Source of the DNA: Hyaloraphidium curvatum SAG 235-1
Lineage: Eukaryota > Fungi > Monoblepharomycota
DNA length: 64,000 bases
Direction: 5' to 3'
NCBI GenBank assembly: GCA_025558095.1
Contig: JAIVFI010000007.1
Span: forward strand, 1-64,000
Shown here: positions 21,701-32,998 of the stretch, in pieces
Numbering within the stretch: position 1 is the stretch's first letter
Layout of the letters: every line of letters begins with the position of its first letter
The notes under the pieces: model-generated
What the model saw: the letters and a program-made list of their open reading frames with translations, nothing else
Database searches by the model: none
Told to the model about the DNA's origin: nothing
Translations under genes and position numbers: made by a program

Positions 21701-24700
21701 CAACAAGCAGGACGTCGATCTGGGCTTCGTGGCCATGACGTCGACCTCCTCGAGCCTGACCACCGCCACGCGCTCGCGGACCAGCTCGACTTTCACCGTG
21801 CGCGCCGAGCTCGGGGGCAGGATCTTTGTGGACGCCAACACGAACGGCGTCGACAATGGCGAGCCCGCGATCCCCGGCGTGACCATCTTTGTGACGGGCA
21901 CGGACGACCAAGGCAATCCGGTCAACGTCAGCACCACCACGGCGCAGGACGGCACCTACATCTTCGAGAACCTGCGGCCGGGGACGTACACTGTGGCTGC
22001 AGTCACGCCGGACGGCTACGTGAGCTCTCCCGGGGGGCCGATCGACATTCCCAATGTCAGTCTCGCGGACGGAGATGTCATGCTAGACAAGGACCTGGGG
22101 TTCGTGCTCGAGACCTCGACCACCTGGACTGTGACAGTTTCGGAGTCGGAAACACCGACCACTTCTCTCACGGCGACTTCGAGCACGAGCCTGACGATCA
22201 GCCTGACCACCGAGACATTGGTTGGTTGCTTTGCGGAGGCGGGAATCAACTGAACTCACGCGACCGTTTGCAGACCACGGAGACTTCGAGCACCACGTCC
22301 GAATCTCTCACCGCGACGCCGACTAGCACGTCGGAGACGCAGAGCCGCACGGCGACGACGTCGGAGTCGCAGAGCTTGACGGCCACGACCAGCGAATCTG
22401 CTTCTGCAACCGCAACGACTTCGGAGTCGCAGACCCCGACGGCAACAACCTCCGAGTCCCAGAGCTTGACAGCGACGACCAGCGAGTCTGCTTCTGAAAC
22501 GGCAACGACTTCGGAGTCCCGGAGCTTGACGGCGACGACGTCGGAGTCGGAAACACCGACCACTTCTCTCACGGCGACTTCGAGCACGAGCCTGACGATC
22601 AGCCTGACCACCGAGACATTGGTTGGTTGCTTTGCGGAGGCGGGAATCAACTGAACTCACCCGATCTTTTGAAGACCACGGAGACGTCGAGCACGACGTC
22701 CGAATCTCTCACCGCGACGCCGACTAGCACGTCGGAGACGCAGAGCCTCACGGCGACGACGTCGGAGTCGCAGAGCTTGACGGCCACGACCAGCGAATCT
22801 GCTTCCGCAACCGCAACGACTTCGGAATCGCAGACCCTGACCGCAACGACCTCGGAGTCACAGAGCTTGACAGCGACGACCAGCGAGTCTGCTTCTGTCA
22901 CGACCAGCGAATCTGCTTCCGCAACGGCAACGACTTCGGAATCGCAGACCCTGACCGCAACAACCTCGGAGTCGCAGAGCTTGACAGCGACGACCAGCGA
23001 GTCTGCTTCTGTCACGACCAGCGAATCTGCTTCCGCAACGGCAACGACTTCGGAATCGCAGACCCTGACCGCAACAACCTCGGAGTCGCAGAGCTTGACA
23101 GCAACGACGAGCGAAAGCCAGAGCTTGACCGCAACAACCTCGGAGTCGCAGAGCTTGACAGCAACGACGAGCGAGAGCCAGAGCTTGACCGCAACAATCT
23201 CGGAGTCGCAGAGCTTGACAGCAACGACGAGCGAGAGCCAGAGCTTGACCGCAACGACCTCGGAGTCGCAGAGCTTGACAGCAACGACGAGCAAGAGCAA
23301 GAGCTTGACCGCAACAACCTCGGAGTCCCAAAGTCTGACGGCGACGACCAGCGAGTCGCAGAGCTTGACGGCAACGACCAGCGAATCTGCTTCCGCAACC
23401 GCAACGACTTCGGAGTCGCTCACTTCGTCGACTTCGCTCACCGTTTCGCTCACGACGGAGACGCAGGTTGGTATCGTTCTGATGGTCGTTTTGGACTGAG
23501 AGTGCTGAGAAGAGTTGATTCCCGCAGACGACCGAGACCGTGACCTCGAGCACGACGTCCGAATCCTTCACAGGGTCGACGGTACGATCCTTTGCCTTGC
23601 TGCGGAAGTCGTGGCGGTTCTGATGCTTTTAGGGTCCCAGACCTCCGGGTCGGCAACACCGAGCTCGACTTCGGTGACCCTGACCACGGAAACGCCGAGC
23701 TCCACCTCGGAGACGCTCTCCAGCACCTCGTTTACGCCGTCCAGCTCGACGCTTTCCAGCACCTCGGAGACGCTCTCCAGCACCTCGTTTACGCCGTCCA
23801 GTTCGACGCTTTCCAGCACCTCGGAGACGCTCTCCAGCACCTCGGAGACGCTCTCCAGCACCTCGTTTACGCCGTCCAGTTCGACGCTTTCCAGCACCTC
23901 GGAGACGCTCTCCAGCACCTCGGAGACGCTCTCCAGCACCTCGTTCACGCCGTCCAGCTCGACGCTTTCCAGCACCTCGGAGACGCGGACGACCAGCTCG
24001 CTGACAGCCACAACGAGCGAGAGCTTGACCTTGACGGCCACGACGTCGGAAACCCCGAGCAGCAGCTCGCTGACCGCTACGACTTCGAAAACGCCGAGCA
24101 GCAGCTCGATGACAGCTACCAGCTCGTCGGAATCCATCACTTCGTCCACGGTGAGCTGCGTCGGGCTTGACTTGTTGGCTACGGTGCTCAACGCCCGTCC
24201 ATAAGCTCACGCAGACGAGCTCGTCGCTCACCTCCTCGACGACGTCTCGAACGACCGTCTTGCCGGACCTGCCTCCGCCGACGACCACCTTCCGCACGAG
24301 CACCTCGCGGTCCGAAACCCGGACGAGCATGACCTCCTCGCGCTCCGAAACCCGGACCGCCTCGCAATCCGAGACCCGGACCCGCTCCTCGACCTCCCTC
24401 AGCCTCACGGCGACCCGCACGAGCACGCAGAGCCGCACGCTCACCTCGACCTCGGCCAGTTCGACCTGCATACCCCCCGAGGGCGACTGCCTCGTCGACG
24501 AGGACTGCTGCGACCACTTCTCGGGGGGAAGCACCTCCACGACGGGCGGCTCGGTATGCTACGAGGCGAGCGCAGGCAGGAAAGTCTGCTCGGGCCCCAA
24601 GTGCTCCTCCGCCGACTTTTTGCAGTGCGGCCTCTGCCTGGACAACTGCGGCACGGCCAAGAAGATCGCCGTGTGCAGCGCGTACAACGCCACGCTCAAC

Positions 24701-24894
24701 AACGCTGAGGGGACGTGCGACAACGTCAGCGCAAACATGGGGGGCGGGCGTTGCCCGGGAACGATGGTGTGCTGCTTCGTCGGTGGGTGCCTTGCTCCGC
24801 CCGTTTCGGGAAACCGGCGGCTCACGCGCGCTCCGCCGCAGTTCCGTCGGTTCCCGCGGATGCGAACGGCGACTGCCCGTACGCCCTCATGTGA
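15779..24894 (+). CDS. Giant multi-exon surface/adhesin-like protein: basic Thr/Trp modules, Ig/Big_9-like domain, 12 SdrD-B-like domains, Ser/Thr mucin stalk, Cys-rich C-terminus
   Basis: Hydrophobic signal LVLAAVLLALLAICSLLA; DGSFTYAP..GFVGTDRFAF; repeated GGRIFVDANTDGVDNGEPAIPGVTIFVTG..TTTAQDGTYIFENLRPGTY..DLGF. Introns include 22221-22273, 22622-22674, 23467-23527, 23582-23640, 24151-24214, 24783-24841. Treating this as one gene is inferred from in-frame splicing. Confidence 0.78.
18417..22105 (+). repeat. Coding tandem array, 10 x 372 bp (124 aa), SdrD-B-like domain + Ser/Thr linker
   Basis: ELGGRIF motif starts at 18459, 18831, 19203, 19575, 19947, 20319, 20691, 21063, 21435 and 21807. 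Units are nearly identical; the last diverges in its 3' half. Confidence 0.97.
22340..23985 (+). repeat. Coding minisatellites of the mucin stalk: 30-bp SESQSLTATT units, then SSTSETL/SSTSFTPSSSTL units
   Basis: Repeated tcggagtcgcagagcttgacagcaacgacg and tccagcacctcggagacgctc. Confidence 0.9.
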
Positions 24895-25136
24895 GCGGGC
24901 GCGCGGGCGGGCCTCGGAAGGTTCGGATGGAAGGAAGCCGCTCGCGGGGGACGGGCTTCCCGAAGCTGCGGCATGGGACGGAACGTGCGGGGCGGTCGCA
25001 GCACGGCTTTTGTTGGATATCGTAGACGAGTACGGCATAGAGCCATTAGATGCTGCCTCTTTCGCGATATCTACAACGGGAACTCCCCTTCCCACTTCCC
25101 GTCCATACTTAACCCTTCTTTCCCGCCCCTCGGCGA

Positions 25137-25867
25137 TCAGAGCGCGGCGAACGCGCCCGCCACTGCGGCCAACGCCGCGATCGCCCCCGCTTCCACCCTC
25201 CCCGCGCCCGCCGGCCTCGCGGTCGATGTCGGCGCGGCAGGGCCCTGGGTGGTCGTCGGCTGCGCGGTGGGAGCCACGGCCGTCGTCCTGCCAACGAATC
25301 GTTCAGCAATCGCCGTCGAGGGCGGAAGGAAGGGAACCCACGTGGCTTCGGGCGCCTCGGTGGTCCTGCTCAGCGCGGTAAGGATGCTGGCCACGCTGCC
25401 GGAATTGATCTGACGGCAGGCCTCCTGGAAGTCTGCCAGGGTTTTGTAACCGAATTCGTCTGCTCGCGAGAGAGGAGGAACGGGGTTGATCAGTGAGCAA
25501 GTCGGAGGGCGTGGCGAGAGGGGTAGGTACCGCAGGTGGAGATGCAGCCGACCGCCTGCGCCGAGTTATCGCCTGTCCCCATCACGCACAATCAGTCTTC
25601 CATCGTCATTGATCAGCACCGCGGCGGGAACCCACATGCGCACTTTGCCGGCGCCAGCGGATCCGAGTTCCCCTGCATGCACCCCGCGACCTTCATACCA
25701 AAGTTCAGGCAGGCGTCGGTGGCGCAGCCGTTCTGCCGCGGCTGGATGCGCAAATGGGGGGAGGCCAATGCGAGGGCGGCGGCGTTGAGTTCGTCCGTGC
25801 GGGAGGCGAGGGCCAGGGGGGCGAAGAGGAGGATGGAGGCCAGAAGAAGGGCCGTTGCGTGCTTCAT
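25137..25867 (-). CDS. Small secreted 8-Cys (CFEM-like) Thr-rich GPI-anchor-type protein
   Basis: Signal MKHATALLLASILLFAPLALA; GCATDACL..GC..DPLAPAKCAC..CISTC..AC; Thr/Ala/Pro stalk; hydrophobic tail AIAALAAVAGAFAAL; 3 introns. Confidence 0.7.
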
Positions 25868-26579
25868 GGGAAGAGAATGTTTGGGGAGGTGTTTCTGTTG
25901 CTGTGACTGGTTGCTGTCGAGTGCGGGTTGTCCTGCAGGGAGGAGGGCGCGAGGTGTCAACGCCGTTCCAGAACATCCGGCCCGTGCAGCCCATTGGGCA
26001 GCCAATCCCCCGCACTGCCGAGCACTCGAGAGCATCGCGCGCCGCCGCATTGGTCGTGCACTGGGGCATTTGCCCCCGCGGGCGGCCCCACTCCGCCGCC
26101 GCTCGCCCCGACGCCAGCAGCCGTCCCCCCGCACGCAGCCCGTCTCGGGCCCTCTTCCCCGCTCCAGGCACACCCCGCGCACGCCGGGTAGCGTACCTTT
26201 CCCGCTCTCTCTGCCTTGCTTTCGTTCGTGCGTGAATGTGATTCGGTGTGACTGGGTTGCGGCAATGGCTGTGCGCCATAGTCGGATCCCCGTGATTTCC
26301 GCTGTGATTCACAAACTTGCCACCGCCACGCCCGGCCGGAACGGGAACTTCAAGCCGCAAAAAAAGGGAGGTTGGCGGAGGTGGACGGCATGTGCACGGC
26401 AAGGTGGATAGATGGCTCGGGTGGGAACGCGGCCCGGCCGGCGGGCTTACACGGATCGCGCGGATCAATAAGCAACTCCCCCCCCTTGGTCCCCTTCCTC
26501 CTCCCCATAGACAACCCCCTTTCGATAGATACTCAGCTCCCCTCGGCAATCCGATGCCCGATCCCCCCAGATCCGGCCA

Positions 26580-27348
26580 TCAGAGGGCGGCAAACACGCC
26601 CGCGACGCCGGCAAACGCCGCCACGGCCACGACGCCGGCGCCGAGCTTGCCCGCGGCCGCGGGGCGCGAGGTGGTCACGGCGGTGGCGGTGGGGCCGGCG
26701 GTGGTGGTGGCCTGGGCGGTCTGGGTGGCGGCGGTGGTGGTGCTGTTTGGAGCGGGAGGCAGATCAGACACAGAAGGGTGCGTGGCGGTGCGTGGACACG
26801 AACGTGACGACGGCGGTGGTCCGGCTGGCCAGCGAGCTCAGAATCGAATTGATCGTGGACAGGACGCTGGCGATGCTCGCGGAATTGGAGGTGAACTCGG
26901 CACAGGCCTTGTTGAAGTCGTCGATGGAGTCGAAATCGAGCTCGCCTGCGTCCCGGCGTCGGGGAGTCAGCAAAGACGCAGGAGAGTGCGGCCCAAGGGA
27001 GACGCACTGCAGGTGGACACGCAGGCGGTGAATCCGCTGGGGTTGGCGCCTGCACCGCGCGGGGGCCTGGATCAGCAAAGGGCCGCGGGCGGCGCGGCAG
27101 GGAGACGCACAGGCGCACTTGTAGCCCGCCAGCGCGTCACCCGGGCTCTGCTGCACGCACTGGCCCAGGGCCTGGGCAAAGGCGAGGCAGGGCTGGGTGG
27201 CGCAGCCTGTCTGGCGAGCCTTGAGGTGCTTCTCCGAGAGGAAGGCGAGGGCGGCGGCGTTGAGCTTGTCGCGGGGGCTCGTGGACTCGGCGCGGGCGGA
27301 GCCGGCCAGGAGGAGCAGGCACAGGGCGAAGGCGGCGACGGCCTTCAT
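26580..27348 (-). CDS. Tandem paralogue: 8-Cys (CFEM-like) GPI-anchor-type protein
   Basis: MKAVAAFALCLLLLAGSARA; LNAAALA..RQTGCATQPCL..QC..GDALAGYKCAC..ACVSTC..KAC; tail VVAVAAFAGVAGVFAAL; same exon layout as 25137-25867. Confidence 0.7.
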
Positions 27349-27888
27349 CGTTCTGTCGCGGGAGGAGTCGGCGGTGGGAATGGGTGGGAAGTGCCTGCCG
27401 CGGGAAGGGGAATCAGCCCCGACCGCGCGTCCGCCGGCCGGAAATCCACGGCGGAACCGACGGCAGCGCTTTTGCAGGCCCGCGGCACGCGGCTCCGCGC
27501 CAGGTGCCCGCGCGCCACGCGGGGGACCATCTGCCGTTGCGCCCTCCCGCGCCCCTCCGCCCGCCCCGCGCCGCACACCGCACCGCCCGCCCGCGCGCAG
27601 CACATAGCCCTTTTCCCGTCCCGCGCGGATACGTACCTCGGCTGTCCCGGCTTCGGGGGTGAGAAGCGGACGGTTCCGGGTTTTGGTTGCCGCAGCGAAG
27701 GCTGGGGCTGTGCTCGATCGGTGGCTTGGTACTGGCCGGCGGTCGGAGGGTCGGACCAGCAATGCTGTGCTTTCAGGCTCGATCGGAGGGAGGCAGACAA
27801 CGCAGATGCGATGCCGGGGTTGCAGCGGGACCACCAATCGATGAGTTCCCTCGCCGTCTCACGGTTCCGGTAATGATGTCCCAAACCA

Positions 27889-29792
27889 TCATACAGCCAA
27901 AGCGCTGTCCTTCCGGTCGATGACCGCCTTCAGCTCGTCCGCAACCTGCCCGAACGTGGGCCTCTTGCCTGGGTCGGAATCCCAGCACCGCCTCATCAGG
28001 CCCCACAGCGCCTCGGGGCACCGCTCTGGCCGCTCTGGCCGGAAATGTGGGTCCGTCCTGATCCGCTCCCCGAGCATCTGCGGCGACAGACCCTCGTCGA
28101 GCATCTCCATTTCCAAGGGGGTTTCGCCCTCGGAGAGGAACTCCCACATCGTCATGCCGAAGGCGTAGACGTCCGAGGGCCGGCCGCGGCGTCCTTCCCA
28201 CACTAGAATCGCCGTTGAGAATCGCGATACGAAGGGACAGCCGCGTGATGCCCACCTTCAGGCGCCATGTAAGATGGTGTGCCCCCCACGAACATGGTCT
28301 GCCTCGTCGACCCCGACCGGATCTTGCTCAGCCCGAAATCGGCGACCTTGGCCACCCCGTTCTCGTCCACCAGCACGTTGGCGCCCTTGAGGTCCGAGTG
28401 CAGGATCGGCATCGGCCTCGAATGCAGGTGGTTCATCCCCTTGGCGATCTGGAACAGCACGTCGGCGACGGTGGCGGGGTCCCAGCGCTTTGTGGTGAGG
28501 TAATCGGTGGCGGTGCCGTTGGCCATGAAGCGCGTGACCATGCAGAAGGGCTCCTTGCACCAGCCGATGAGGGGTTGGACTGCCGATCGCTCGTCAGCGA
28601 CAGCGGGTGAGGCAAGGCGGAACAAGCGCACCGTTGTCGTGGTAGGGCAGAGCTCCCCACACCGTCATCTCCTGCTCGAAATCCGCCCTCTTCCTTTCCA
28701 GCAGCCGCGGCGTCCCCGCCATCTTGACGAGCTTCATCGCGACGCGGGTGTGCTTCTGGTACAGCCCCTCGAACACCTCGCCGAACGCGCCGGAGCCGAG
28801 GTACTTGCCCCTCTCCAGATCGGCGGGGAGGATCTCGTACGCCCCGTGGGGAGACAGCCCTCCTGGGGTGCCCGGCGAAGGCGGTGGAGCCGTTCGGATG
28901 TTGAGCTCGGCGAGCTCCTTCTCGAGCTTCAGCCTCTCGGCGAGCAGCGCGAGTTCCTTGGCCTTGGCCTCGTGCTCGAGCTCCGTCCGCCGGCGCTGCA
29001 GCTCGAGCTTCTCGCGCTCGTGCGCGAGGTCTTCATCCCGGCGGCGGCGCGCTTCGGCTTCCGCCTCTTGCTTCCGACGCGCCTCGGCCGCCATCCGGTT
29101 CCGCTCGGCCGCCTCGGCTTCCTCCCGCTGCTTTCGCGCCGCGGCTTCCGCCTCCGCACGCCGACGCTGCAGCTCGAGCTTCTCCCGCTCGTGCGCCAGC
29201 TCCTCCTCCCGGCGGCGCCGGGCCTCGGCTTCCGCTTCCTGCTTCCGGCGGGCTTCAGCAGCCACGCGGATGCGCTCGGCTGCGGCGGCCTCGCCGTTCG
29301 CTGCATCAATGGCTGATTGCGCCCTCTTGATGCCGACCATCGCATCCTGGTCACCGCCGGCCGATGCCTTCCGGTACAATTCCAGCGCCGTGGATAGATC
29401 CTTGGGAACGCCTTTGCCGTACTCGTACATGTAGCCGAGGTTGAACTGCCCGTACGCGTTGCCCTGGTCGGCCGCCTTGCGGTACCACCGCACGGCCTCG
29501 GCATGGTCCTGGGCCACACCCTGTCCGTTCTCGTAGCAGAGTCCGAGGTTGAACTGCGCGTTCGCGAGTCCCTGGTCGGCTGCCTTGCGGTACCACCGCG
29601 CGGCCTCGGCATGGTCCTGGGCCACCCCCTGTCCGTTCGCGTAGAGGAGTCCGAGATTGAGCTGCGCGTCCGCGAGTCCCTGGTCAGCCGCCTTCCGGTA
29701 CCAACGCGCGGCCTCGGCGAGGTCCTCGGCCACGCCCTGTCCGTTCTCGTAGAGGAGTGCGACGCTAAACTGCCCGCCCGCGTGTCCCTGTT
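27889..29792 (-). CDS. Sel1-repeat (4) + duplicated coiled coil + TKL-type non-RD protein kinase; 5'-truncated, possible pseudogene
   Basis: GSGAFGEV, VAMK, HSDLKGANVL, DFGLS, GTPSYMAPE, SDVYAFG, CWDSDPGKRPTF; two introns. No ATG precedes the first repeat (the ORF-track start is GTG in intergenic-derived DNA). Confidence 0.85.
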
Positions 29793-29980
29793 GGCCGTGG
29801 GGAAAGGTCCCCTTCGCGCCGGTTGCCCAGCGAACGGGCACCCCTCCTTCCTGGTCTGATTATACATCCAGCGAGACAGCTGCAGTGCGAATCCCCAGAT
29901 CTATCAGGCTCAATGCCATACATATGTCAATCCCAGGTCGAGTGCGGCCTCCGCACGATCCGATGCCGATCATCCCCCGT

Positions 29981-32243
29981 TCACACCTTGGCCACCATCT
30001 CCGGCTTGGGCCCCGCCGCCTCCTCCCACGCATACCCGCTGCTAGCCTGGCTCGCCGCGTCCTCCCCCGCCCCGGGCTCCTCCTTCCGCCGCGTCGTACG
30101 GTAGAGGAGGTACCCCGCCCCGCCGAGCAGCGCGGCGCCGCCCAGGGCGCCGAGGGTGATCCACAGCGGGGTGAGGTTCGGCCCCGCGGCGGATTCGACG
30201 GGGAGCGCGGTGGTGCCGGGGGTGCGCGTGGGGATGCGGGTCGGGGTGCGGGTGGCGGTGCCGGCGGGGCGGGTGGGGACGGCGGTGCCGGTGGGCTGCG
30301 CGCCGATCCGCGCCGCGCAACCCTCGCCGAGCTCGATACCGCACGCCGAGGGGTCGCGCACGAGGTAGGCGCCCGAGTCCATGAGGAGGAAGGATTCCCC
30401 GAACGCGCGGCCGAAGCCGACGATGCTGCGGAGGGAGCCGGGGCAGGGCAGGCCGCCGCCGGAGTCGGTGCACCGCAGCGGTACGGTCTGCGTCTGCCAG
30501 ATTCCTTCCCCGTCGAGCTCGGTGACGAAACCGCCGCCGTACAGGTCGGCGGAGAGGTAGGCGCCGGCCTTGCAGCGGTCGCGGCGGCCGGGGTGGAAGA
30601 CGCCGCCCGTCACGGAGCGCGGGCCGTCAGAATGCTCGTAGATGAAGACCGGGGCGACGAAATCGGCGCCGGGGGGCGGGCCCTGGGGGCGGTACCGGTA
30701 CGTGCCTTCGAAGAAGGGCCAGCCGTGGTTGGTGCCGGCCGTGACCACCGTGAGCTCCTCTTGCCTGTCGGGGAAAGGAATCGCATCAGCTGTGCACATG
30801 GTGACCGCCGTCTTCACCGGATACGCACCTGTTCTGCCCGACGTCGCCGCACATCATCGTCTCCCCCTGCCCCGGGATCCAATCGCACCTCCACGGGTTC
30901 CTCAGCCCCGCCGCCCACGTCTCGGCCCTCCACCCCTCGCCGAACACATCCTCGGTCCCGTACGGTGCCCCCTCGGCCGCGCGGGACATGTCGAGCTTGA
31001 GAATCTTGCCCATGAGCGACGACGGCGCCTGCGCGAGGTTGTACGGGTCCCCGGCGTTGCCGCCGTCCCCGAACATCACGTACAGCGCGGTCGAGTTGGC
31101 GGGGCCGAAGACGACCTGCCCGCCGTTGTGGTTGGCGAAGGGCTGCCCGATGCGGAGGATCTGGCGGACCTCCCGGGGGGGCGTCGAGGCGGCCGAGTAT
31201 TCCGCGATGACCGAGACGTAGCGGCACAGGTCGGCCGACTGCGACGTGCACTGCGGGCGCACGCAGGCGCATTCGGCGGCGGGCGGGCAGGTGTCGGGCA
31301 TCTCGCGGGAGTCGCAGGTGTAGGAGATGTAGAAGAGGCGGTTGGAGGCGAACTCGGGGTGGAAGGCGATCGAGAACATGCCCAGCTCGCCGCTGTAGCG
31401 CACGAGCGACGAGACGCTGAACCACGGGCTCTGCGGGGGCAGCCGCGCGTTCTCGTCGGGCCGCCAGCTGCGAAGATCGTGCAGGAAGAAGTTGCCCGAC
31501 TGCGTGTGCGTGACGACGGTGCTGGGGGCGCCGGGGTACTCGTGCAGGGACAGCACGCGGTTCGTGGTGACCCGCGTGAGGCACAGCGGGTGGTGCGTCA
31601 CGGGGCCCGTGACGGCGGTGCCGCCATCCGTGGTGCCGTTGCCGCCGTCGAAGGTGGGCTCGTAGACGTCGCCCGAGTAGCAGTAGCCGCCCTCGGTCGA
31701 GTTGAAGGTGGCCGCGGCGCAGAAGGCGTCGGCGGTCGGGTAGGTGCCGGCCAGCGAGCCGGTGCGGTTGCCGAGGAACGGGTTGACGGGCATCTCGACG
31801 AGGCGGCAGGCCGAGTAGAGGTCGCGGCAGAAGCCCGGGCACAGGATCGGCGCCGGGGCGATGGCCACGTCGCGGCCGGCGGCGGCGGCCTCCTCGGTGC
31901 CGAACAGGTGGGCGCCCCAGCCATCGCAGTGCGAGCAGGAAATTCCCCGCATCAGCACGGAGCAGCGGTCGGTCTCGGGCAGGCCGCCCGTCCAGCGCCG
32001 GAACTCGGCGGCCCGCAGCGAGTCCTGCGCCGCCGAGCAGCAGCCGTCGGCGGCGTACGCCGGGCAGAAGGCGAGCGACCCGCGATTCGACGGGAACTCG
32101 ACGTTGTTGGCGCACAGCGGGTGGGCGGCGGCGGGCAGCAGGCCGGCGAGCAGCGAAAGCGCAGAGGCCGCGAGCAGCGCGGAAACCCGCGCCGTGCGGA
32201 GCAGCGCCCCGGGCGCGGTGGCGCGCATGGTGTCCGTCGGCAT
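29981..32243 (-). CDS. HHIP-like/HIPL1-like protein (Cys-rich folate-receptor-like domain + glucose/sorbosone dehydrogenase propeller + TM)
   Basis: Signal; FCPAYAADGCCSAAQD..CSHCDGW..LCPGFCRDLYSAC; ELGMFSIAFHPEF; NHNGGQVVFGP; FGDGG; GLRNPWRC; GDVGQ; C-terminal TM. Intron ~30774-30828. Confidence 0.88.
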
Positions 32244-32998
32244 CGCGGGGCGTGCTCGCCGGGATCTGGCGCCGATTCGAGTGTGTGCGTGTGCGAGGGC
32301 ACACGGTGCTGCGGCCGGCCGCCGGGGGCGGAGCGGCTCACGCGGACGCAACACCACCCCCAGGGACCCGGCAAAACGAAAGGAAATCGGACCCTCGGCC
32401 GCCTGCAGACACGGGATTCTGACTGATGAGAGGGCGCCGCAGCAGTGGCCGGAGGGCCGGCCGGCGATCCGGTGACCGGATTCCGAGCCAGGGCGCCCGC
32501 GGAGAGATCCGACCCTGTAGGGACTCAGCATTCGGAGGTCAGGATCCCTTTATGTGAAAGGCCTTTCTGCAGCTGCTACAGGATCAGCCCTTGTCGATTT
32601 CGTTCGATTTCCGGTTTTTCGCATCGTCTCTGTTGGACACCGCAGGTAAGATCAGGCAGCCGAAGGGGCTTCCCCCGCTACAACACAACTGTCGCGGACA
32701 TCATGCCAAATCCGGGCCCAACAAGTGCCCGGCATCGTCCAAGGACGATGATTCGCCAGTCCGAGGTGAATCGGGGCCGACTGACCCCCGATGCCTCCGC
32801 CGATGCCTGCACAGCGACGCAATGCCTCTCCGCAAGACAATCCTCCGTACGAGACCTGGACCGGCCAGCCGCGGACTCCGCTGCCTGATCGACAACCGTG
32901 GCGGACTCATCCAGCGAGTCTTTCTACAAGTAGGGGATCTCAACCCCTCCGGCATACCCCAGATCCCTTGCTGGCCGCCGACGTGTACCCGCAACGCC

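Noticed and set aside
18048-21911. 1287-aa minus-strand ORF and many other long antisense ORFs (e.g. 45244-48282, 1504-3213)
   Set aside because: Shadow frames of high-GC coding sequence; Arg/Gly-rich with no recognisable motifs.
18417-23985. Tandem repeats as CRISPR array or satellite DNA
   Set aside because: Unit lengths are multiples of 3, in frame and lack unique spacers; they are coding repeats.
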